From the NCBI RefSeq assembly GCF_006345805.1, contig NW_021825121.1, positions 1-16,519 of the forward strand: DNA of 16,519 nt. Direction: 5' to 3'. The stretch comes from Octopus sinensis (Eukaryota). How positions within the stretch are numbered: position 1 is the first letter of the stretch; each line of letters starts with the position of its first letter. The position numbers and the translations under genes were made by a program. The notes beneath the pieces are model-generated. The model saw only the letters and a program-made list of their open reading frames with translations, was not told the origin of the DNA and searched no databases. Shown here piece after piece: positions 8,812-16,519 of the stretch.

Positions 8812-9850
8812 TACCACTCCTAGTAGTCTCCATTAAAAGCAATGGATTTGCACTATCGCTGAACCCAGCTCCCGAATCCTCTTTGAACACTTCAGATGTC
8901 CACTGCCGTACCCATTTTTTCAAAGTCACTTTCACCTCGTGTGTATCATCAAATCATTGTCACTGATGATTGTTTTTCATTGGAGCGAAAAATTGGGAAA
9001 CTGAGCTGGTCAGTGGCCTCCCATCCTGTACGGTGGCTAGGAGACCACTGACCCGCTCAATTTTGCCGATTGCCTGATTTGTTACTAAAGATGTGTATGG
9101 TATTGCATTGCCATGATAATGCGGTTCATTTTCAGTAATTTCTTCCAAATGATATCTCTAAGCTTTTTGAATATATCAACGAATCACTCACTGTTTACGA
9201 TATTACAAAGTTCCAGAAAATAAAGGACGAATGGGTCTTTGTCATCGCAGAAAACAGTCATCGTGACTTTCTATATCGATCACTGTCTCTTGGACATTTT
9301 AGACTTTGAAGAAGAGGTGTAACACCATTTCGTAGACTGAACCTTCCTTTCAGAAACATAAACACACGCCCTGTCACCAAAATCGAAAAAAAAAAGTGTC
9401 TTCATTGGATTCTAACACTTCCAGCAGCTCAGAGTGAACTTCTGCTATTCTCTCTTTCAAATTGAATGTCAACTGCAAGGATGTCCAATTTATACAAAGT
9501 TTACGATTCCTAAACTCTTCCACCATTTTCTGAAATGCCTTGTGACCACAGTCCAGTTATTCAAGCAAGCTCATGGACTTTTCGCGAAAATCAATTCCAC
9601 CAGTCGCTAGCGATTCGTGCCAGTGGTTGGACTTGATGGTCTCCCGTTGCGCGGTTTGTCTTCTATGCTTGTTTGGTCTTCCTTAATCTTCTTCAACCAT
9701 TTGTGCACATTGCTACATTGCTCATGTCAGTAGGGGTCACCTCCGTAAACAATCAGTAGCTTTCCGTGAATGTCGAACAATATGAACCCTTTCTTCATCA
9801 AGATCTTAGTGACAGCACGTTGCTTCTACTTGAAACTAATTATTTTCCTA
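8812..9850 (-). pseudogene. Mariner (DD34D-type) transposase pseudogene
   Basis: My translation of the minus strand across frameshifts gives KQRAV...IHGKLLIVYG...VHKWLKK...TSIEDKPRNGRPS, RKLCINWTSLQLT (WVPHxLT motif), ILVTG, KVTMTVFCD, HGNAIPYTS (HDNARPH motif), PPY, FFAPMK, EVKVTLKKWVRQ and SWVQR*CKSIAFNGDY. There are many stops and frameshifts, and TIRs could not be called confidently. Confidence 0.9.
9001..9060. repeat. Inverted duplication with 27-bp arms and a 6-nt spacer inside the mariner ORF
   Basis: 9001-9027 versus the reverse complement of 9034-9060 is 21/27 identical, with 18/20 in the core. Confidence 0.85.
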
Positions 9851-10369
9851 CAATGAAGAAGAGCAGGAACAAGAGATATTATAACAATATGTGCAAGTTG
9901 AACAAACTATGTCAGCTAATAAAAAAAGTATGCTCACGTTTAAATTACCTTTGTTAGTTTCGTTTTTTCTATTAATTTATTTATCTACCTTTGTTTTATG
10001 TTGTATGGTACTGCATATTGCAATTGCTGTTCATTTTAAATGCATTGTATGGTTATAAGGGAATGTTATACTTGTTTGACCAATGTAACAGTTGGAATTA
10101 TGAAGTTTGCAATATTTCGCATTTACCGTCAAATTTACAAGTTACATTCGTCGCTCCTTTGTTTTCAGGTTTACAAGCTTGCACTTAAGTTGTAGAGGAC
10201 ACTATTAATTATATTGCTTTTTTGTAATATGCCTTTCTAGTGTCAGATGGTGGTTTGTGTTTCGTTTTGTGAGATATTTGACTATATCTTCGTCTGTTCT
10301 GATCCTGATATGCATTTGGTCCATATAATACACTTTGTATTTTTTCCGTTGTATTTCAGTTTATATGTG

Positions 10370-10702
10370 AAGGCGCATGACTCAGTGGTTAGAGCGTCGA
10401 GCTTACGATCGTGAGGTTGTGAGTTTGATTCCCGGACCAAGCTGTGTGTTGTGTTCTTGAGCAAGACACTTTATTTGACGTTGCTTCAGTTTACTCAGCT
10501 GCAGAAATGAGTTACGACGGCACAGGTGCCAAGCTGTATCGGCCTTTGCCTTTCCCTTGGATAACACTAGTGGCGTGGAGAGGGGAGGCTGGTATGCATG
10601 GGTGACTGCTGGTCTTCCATAAACAACCTTGCCCAGACTTGTGCCTGGGAGGGTAACTTTCTAGGTGCAATCTTACGGTCAGTCATGACCGAAGGGGGTC
10701 TC
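10370..10702 (+). mobile_element. tRNA-derived CORE-type SINE, family 3 (resembles octopus OR-type SINEs)
   Basis: A box TGACTCAGTGG at 10378-10388 and B box AGTTTGATTCC at 10422-10432 have tRNA spacing. A CORE-like block GTTGTGTTCTTGAGCAAGACACTTTATTT...CAGTTTACTCAGCTG...AAATGAG spans 10448-10511. Confidence 0.85.
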
Positions 10703-11062
10703 AGCTGTTTATATTCATCAGTAGCTTGGTTTACACGTCTGCTTGAATATCCGTTATTAATTAGCATTTGTTTTACCATTTCTTTACCCACCGTTTTATT
10801 TGTGGAACAAGATCTAATGTATGCAATTTTACATATACACATACATACAGAAGAAATCTTCTAAATGAAAACCAGAAATCTTCTAAATACAGCTACCCAG
10901 GGTTTCTCTTACTTGATCGAGTGCTTTTCTACTTGTTGAAGCCATTACCACATAATACATACATAAATACATATGTATTCAAATACATATAGATGTATAC
11001 GCACATATGCATGTAAATAGTCATGCATACACACACACACACACACACACACACGCGCACAC

Positions 11063-11095
<33 letters not shown>

Positions 11096-11141
11096 TGTAT
11101 ATATATATATATATACATTTCTGTTTATCTCTATCTCTATT

Positions 11142-11142
<1 letters not shown>

Positions 11143-11180
<38 letters not shown>
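11143..11180. repeat. (CTAT)n array, left flank of the Tx1 element
   Basis: About 9.5 perfect units ending directly at the LINE 5' junction. Confidence 0.95.
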
Positions 11181-11182
<2 letters not shown>

Positions 11183-12472
11183 GATAGGGTAGACCATCGA
11201 TACTTGGGGGCAGTCCTGAGAGCGGCTGGTTTCGGTCCCGTCTTCCGCGGCTGGATAGCTTGCCTTGTACAGAGGCATCCGTTCGGTAATTCGCGTAAAT
11301 GGACATCTATCGAGACCCTTCGACATTGCACGTTCGGTCCGTCAGGGATGCCCCCTCTCGGCGCTTCTATACGTATTGACTCTTGAGCCACTACTGCGGA
11401 AGCTGGCGACTCTGAGGGGCATCCCGCGAGAATTAGGATGCGGGACGAGCGTGTCTGCATACGCGGACGACGTCACCGTCATAGTGTCAAGCCACGAGCA
11501 CATCGAGCGGGTCGGCGAGACACTGAAAGACTACGAAGCGGTGACAGGAGCAAAAATCAACCGGGAAAAGTCAGTGGGCTTGCGGCTCGGCACCTGGAGA
11601 AGCAAACCCATGCCGTCCACCAGTACCTCCGTCGTGGGACGGCTGGACAGACGGCCCGGTTGAGTTGCTCGGGGTCTGGTTCGGTCCGGACCTCCAAATG
11701 GAGAAGAACTGGAACGAGATAACGAGTAGGGTGGTCACTCTCGCCCAGCAATGGGCCGAGAGGAAACTGTCCCTAAAAGGTCGGGAAGGAAGAGCTATTT
11801 TTATCATACTTGTGGCTATGGCGAAAGAATGTATCTGGTGGACGCGTCTGAAAGGATTAGAGACAACACTTTCCTCTCTGGTCAATCTCTCATCAACTTC
11901 TTCAAGTATCACTTGAAGAAAAAAGTGAGAGTAGAGAGGCAGTTTTGTCTAGTGAATGTTTTAAAAAAAGATGGGTGAATGTAGCAAGGATGGCACGTAT
12001 GAATGACGAAGCCACCTTGACTATGATTCTATGAACCGTAAAAATTATACGAGAGTTGCTTATTTGCAAAAAAAAAAAAAAAAAAGAAATATAACATGTG
12101 ACTTCATTGACCGAGGTTACCGTGGTCTTTTCCGTAGGCTTTTCTTTCCACGGGTAAACCTCACCTGTCCTCCCCTTTACACTTCATATTGACATTTCTG
12201 TGATAACGATCCCTATTGATCAATTTTTTTCCTCTCCCCCTTTTTTTTTTTTTTTTTTTTTTTTTGAACCCCCCCTTTTTTTTGTCCTCTTTCTCTCCTT
12301 TTACGATCCCTTTTGATCGACCCCCCCCTTTTTTTATTATTTTTTTTTTTTTTTAATTTTATTTTATTTGTTATTTTATTATTATTATTTTTTTTTTTTA
12401 AACCTTCAAAAGAAAAGCTCTACCTTGTATTTGTTCTATCTGTGTGCAGCCCTGTGTGGCTAATAAAGAAAC
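11181..12472 (+). mobile_element. Tx1/L1-clade LINE, 5'-truncated and internally deleted, with 3' UTR and polyadenylation signal
   Basis: RT motifs FDRVDHRYL, VRQGCPLS, YADDVTV, GAKINREKS, LLGVWFG and LSLKGR are joined to the C-terminus LVAMAKECIWWTR...FFKYHLK...RWVNVARMARMNDEATLTMIL* (stop at 12032-12034). There are about four single-base frameshifts, the RT part is GC- and CpG-rich, and AATAAA lies at 12462-12467. Confidence 0.9.
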
Positions 12473-12473
12473 A

Positions 12474-12474
<1 letters not shown>

Positions 12475-12534
<60 letters not shown>

Positions 12535-12544
12535 ATCTATCTAT
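12475..12544. repeat. (TATC)n array, right flank or tail of the Tx1 element
   Basis: Same unit and strand as 11143-11180. Confidence 0.95.
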
Positions 12545-13440
12545 ATTATATGTATTTATATGAATATATATATATATATATATATATATGTTATATAAAT
12601 ATGCATATATATATATAGATGTCTATATATAATGTATATAGTGTTTTATATATATAATGTATAAAGTATTTTATATATATATATATATATATTTTATATT
12701 ATGCCTGCACCTGTCATTTCACGATGCCTTGATGCTGACTGTATTTATAATAACATTGAGTACCGAACTGAATTATTTCTGTCTATCTTATATTCACTTC
12801 CTATATAAACTCTGCCAAAAATGGATGTCACAACAAACAGAAAATCGATTATGCCAGACAGGCATGGAAAAGCGATGAGATCAGGCCTAAATTCTTTTCC
12901 ATGCAATGCCACATGCCATTTCAATGCCATGCAATGCCATGCCATGTCACTGACCAAAATAATCAATCCCTAAAGAATATCATGGACATTTGTAGACATC
13001 TGTATGGGAGATTAGTGAATGGACGGAATGATGTTGGAGAAATGAAGAAAGTAGAACTGGACAATGATGGCAGTTAGGAATCAGAAAATACTAATTTATT
13101 TTAAAATAAAATCCCTCCCCCATCTCTCTCGTTCGTTCTATCTGTCTGTCGGTTTGTTTATCTGTCTATTGGTGGATCGATCTATCTATCTCGTTCCTTC
13201 GCTACATCCTTTCCGTTCCCGTCAACAACGTTGTATTCTAACTGACGTCCGGCTATTTTCTTTGGTGTAACTAATCTTTTCGCCAACACACTTTCGCTAT
13301 GCGGACATACTTACATACGCATATATACGTATCTGCACACCTTCAAAAACACGCATACATGCATGCATACACACATACGCATGTACATGCATGTACATGC
13401 ATATACATGAATTTGAATAATACATGAATTAAAACTCACA

Positions 13441-13545
13441 TGTATGTATGTATGTATGTATGTATGTATGTATGTATGTATGTATGTATGTATGTATATA
13501 TGTATGTATGTATGTATATATATATATATATATATATGTAGAGAG
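13441..13545. repeat. (TATG)n and (TA)n microsatellite
   Basis: Direct reading. Confidence 0.9.
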
Positions 13546-13648
13546 ACAGACAGATAGACACACACATACAAACTCATGTAAAAGAGTGGATACATACATG
13601 CATTTATTCATACTTTCATGCATGCATACAGATGTAAGTAGATATCGT

Positions 13649-13880
13649 GGCACTCCGTCGGTTACGACGACGAGGGTTCCAGTTGATCCGATCAACGGAA
13701 ACAGCCTGCTCGTGAAATTAACGTCCAAGTGGTTGAGCACTAGACAGACACGTGTACCCTTAACGTAGTTCTCGGGGAGATTCAGTGTGACACAGAATGT
13801 GACAAGATTGGCCCTTTGAAATACAGGTACAACAGAAACAGGAAGAAGGAGTGAGAGAAAGTTGTGGTGTAAGAGTATAG
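13649..13880 (-). mobile_element. SINE family 4, 5'-truncated copy
   Basis: Collinear with 15706-15940 (shared CCGTCGGTTACGACG, AACAGCCTGCTCGTGAAATTAACG, CCTTAACGTAGTTCTCGGGGA and TTGAAATACAGGTACAACAGAAACA); the tRNA head is missing. Confidence 0.85.
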
Positions 13881-13930
13881 TATATAGAGTATATATATGA
13901 GAGGTGCAGGTATCCGGAAGACCCCTTGTG

Positions 13931-13990
13931 GTCTTGTGGTGTAGATGAAATCTTGAGAACGTTCTCAAAATTTCATTCACACCACAAGAC
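13931..13990. repeat. 60-bp near-perfect palindrome
   Basis: The 30-bp arms pair at 27/30 and are centred on AAC|GTT at 13960/13961. Both ORF tracks read EILRTFS.FH.HHKT. Confidence 0.9.
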
Positions 13991-14350
13991 TCCTTTCAAT
14001 GAACAGCACATACAATCTACGGCTCCACACTTTCCATTTGTAATCACAAAATATGAACTCCCCTCAGAATATACATACCAAGAGCAAAAGACATTTCTAC
14101 TGTTTCTACAGACCACTTTCTTGGAGAATGGAACTGCAACTGTAACATCCAACATATCTTTTTATTTTTACTTTTATTCTCTTGTTTCCCTTTATACTTC
14201 TTATTTCCATCCTTTTTCCAAAATAACACCTTGTATTGAACTCTTGTACTTCCCTCTATTTAACACCCTCACATTGTCTCTGATGAAGGGATATCCCTAA
14301 TATCCCAGAAACAACTGTAAGACTAACTTTCTCTTTATAAATGTCTTGAA
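13961..14350 (+). mobile_element. Probable 5'-truncated Penelope-like element terminus
   Basis: It contains a sense hammerhead motif near the 3' end and a fold-back at the 5' junction, and ends against (CA)n. Resemblance of the peptide to a GIY-YIG C-terminus is weak and is not relied on. Confidence 0.45.
14276..14323 (+). ncRNA. Minimal type I hammerhead ribozyme motif
   Basis: GUCU (stem I) - CUGAUGA - A - GGGAUAU/cccua/AUAUCCC (stem II) - A - GAA - ACA/ac/UGU (stem III) - A (GUA cleavage triplet at 14317-14319) - AGAC (stem I'). Confidence 0.65.
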
Positions 14351-14652
14351 AATACCATTTGTCTCATTTTATTTAACACACACACACACACTTACATATG
14401 ATAGAATATTATGTGTGCGTATATATATATATTAATATATTATATATATATAGATATATATATATATAGAATATATAATATATAGTATATATACATATAT
14501 GTATATATATATCGTTGGAAGATAAACGAGGAGAGTTTTAAAGATACGTTCCTAGCTAGGTTTTTAATTATAACTTCAGGACGATTGTATTTCCAATTTT
14601 GTAATTAATAATAATTATTAATTTAATTATCTCTATTTTCTTATTTTCTTAT

Positions 14653-14665
14653 ATCTATCTATCAT

Positions 14666-14731
<66 letters not shown>

Positions 14732-14733
14732 AA

Positions 14734-14777
<44 letters not shown>

Positions 14778-14826
14778 ATAAATATATATATATGTATGTA
14801 TGTGTGTGTGTGTGTGTGTGTGTGTG
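14653..14826. repeat. (TATC)n, (TA)n and (TG)n compound microsatellite
   Basis: Direct reading. Confidence 0.9.
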
Positions 14827-15698
14827 AGTGTATGTATGATTTTTTCGTTATCTTTCTTATGGGGTGTATAAATGTCATTATTTTCGTAGTGGGTAACATA
14901 ACATTGAGAAAGTTGACTGATTTGACATGTTGACTGTAATGGAGAAATTAAAAAAGAGCTGTTGTTCTTTACCAAAACAGTCGTTTCTACTTTGTGGGTT
15001 GTAGTTTTTTTTGGGAGGAGTGGAGTGTCGTCTCTGAAGTGACCACTCCACACGACTGGAAATCTGTTGAAGGATGCAAAATTTCTAAAAGCCTATAATG
15101 TCGTTTGCTTCTGCCGTGTCTTCTGGTTCCATTTTTACGTCAAATTGTTCTTTTGTGTTGTTATTTTTTCCCAGAAAGCATTGGTGTGGAAAAGAGAGGA
15201 TTTTGCAACGGTATAGGCCGTTACATATCATCCTTACACAAAATAATTCTCTACGTATCACGTAGGCTCTATTCTTTCAGAGAAACGACTGCTCACAAAA
15301 AAATCAACAAAAAAAAAACCCTGAAAGATTTAGCAAAGAAATTACATTTCTTCTTTAAAAACTTACAGATTTATCAAAGAAATACTTGTTTGGATCATCA
15401 TCAGGCGGGCTGCACTGCTAAAAAATTGAAGATAAGTTTTTTTATTTAGGCGTGCCATTTACAATGTCCTGCGGGATGCTGTTTGCTTATGTCTGATTTA
15501 AGTCATCTCAGACTGATCCGACCTTTGATACAACAGTTACTTGGTCGAATGGTTAAGTGTAACAGGCATATGTAATTGTTCAAAGAATTCCACATTGTGG
15601 AGAGGATTCTCTCATCGACTCATTGAAATTGGAAGTGTTTGATGAACGTTACAAAAATAATTGTTCCGTTACTCATATTACTTCTCGGGAGATTTAAT

Positions 15699-16055
15699 GT
15701 ATGGAAGCATTCCGTCGGTTACGACGATGAGGGTTCCGATTGATCCGAATCAACGGAACAGCCTGCTCGTGAAATTAACGTGTAAGTGGCTGAGCACTCC
15801 ACAGACACGTGCACCCTTAACGTAGTTCTCGGGGATATTCAGCGTGACACAGAGAGTGACAAGGCCGGCCCCTTGAAATACAGGTACAACAGAAACATGA
15901 AGTAAGAGTGAGATAAAGTTGTGGTGAAAGAGTACAGCAGGGATCACCACGATCCCCTGCCGGAGCCTCGTGGAGCTTTTAGGTGTTTTCGTTCAATAAA
16001 CACTCGATCCTATGACCGCGAGTCCACTGCCCTAACCACTGGGCCATTGCGCCTC
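15699..16055 (-). mobile_element. tRNA-derived SINE family 4 with a 13-bp target-site duplication and apparent B-box deletion
   Basis: The TSD CGGGAGATTTAAT occurs at 15686-15698 and 16056-16068. The head reads GGAGGCGCAATGGCCCAGTGGTTAGGGC with the A box at 16036-16046. The body is shared with 13649-13880. Confidence 0.9.
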
Positions 16056-16519
16056 CGGGAGATTTAATATTGAAAGAGTTAATGGATGGCCGATATGCAC
16101 ACACTGCAATACTAATGACAAGGTAAACGAATCAGGAGAATACGAACTCACGATCCTTGAGCTGAAAACCGTTGCAGGTGTTTCAATTTGTTTCTTCATT
16201 GGACAATCAACTCTTCGTGTCTCAGTGCACAAGTTGTCAGATTTGTTAGTAAAATCTCTTGTCACAGTCTAACTGTACAGCCACGAGAAGGATTTGTCTC
16301 ATCCGCTTAACATTACGAAATTCATCGCAATTGCTTTCATCAATTCTACGTTTGATTATACAGAAAATTTCGGCCCAAGACTAATCTAGAATGACAGTTT
16401 CGCTTTTGAATTTATATTTTTAAAACTCGTCTCTTTAACAATCTCCTTCTACTCGCTCCTACTCGAAATATCGCTCTACCCTTTTCTATCTCTCCAAATC
16501 TCTGTCATATATTTATTTA

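Noticed and set aside
8700-10185. Possible mariner TIR pair (about 8703-8724 versus 10157-10182)
   Set aside because: The alignment needs several gaps and mismatches over about 22 bp, so element boundaries were not called.
10370-10440. tRNA-like cloverleaf heads here and at 1648-1735 and 15990-16055
   Set aside because: They lack a proper acceptor stem and run into SINE bodies. They are SINE heads, not tRNA genes.
12862-12904. 11-bp perfect inverted repeat GCATGGAAAAG/CTTTTCCATGC with a 21-nt spacer next to degenerate (ATGCC)n
   Set aside because: It is within chance expectation for the window length, and there is no supporting context.
2519-14300. Numerous 60-180 aa ORFs rich in YI, CV, HT, MYV or LSIY repeats
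   Set aside because: They are translations of microsatellites or SINEs, which lack stop codons in some frames; they carry no protein signal.
15105-15449. 114-aa ORF with two acceptor-like sites (TTTTTTCCCAG at 15174 and TTCTTTCAG at 15280)
   Set aside because: Composition is driven by A and T runs, there is no good matching donor, and no domain is recognisable.
1-16519. CRISPR arrays, operons or other prokaryotic systems
   Set aside because: There are no regularly spaced repeat-spacer units and no gene-dense architecture; the sequence is eukaryotic repeat-rich DNA.

Overview
This is AT-rich, non-coding animal genomic DNA. Roughly 15% of it is microsatellite ((AT)n, (CA)n, (TATG)n, (TATC)n). 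The SINE families and microsatellite load look like an octopod cephalopod (Octopus) genome; this is inferred from recalled family resemblance, not from a search. No intact protein-coding gene is supported, and most ORFs in the track are microsatellite or transposon artefacts. The window holds about ten tRNA-derived SINE copies or fragments from four families, an RTE-clade LINE fragment, a young 5'-truncated Tx1/L1-clade LINE, a decayed mariner transposase, a probable decayed R4/Dong fragment, and Penelope-like termini with hammerhead-ribozyme motifs. The most notable observations are five: (i) the Tx1 element sits inside a (TATC)n/(GATA)n array on both sides; (ii) a 256-bp palindrome has identical 118-bp arms; (iii) a minimal type I hammerhead ribozyme lies downstream of a 60-bp fold-back hairpin; (iv) the last catalytic motif of the mariner is overwritten by an inverted duplication; (v) a candidate spliced 5' exon lies on the minus strand near 4.8-5.3 kb.
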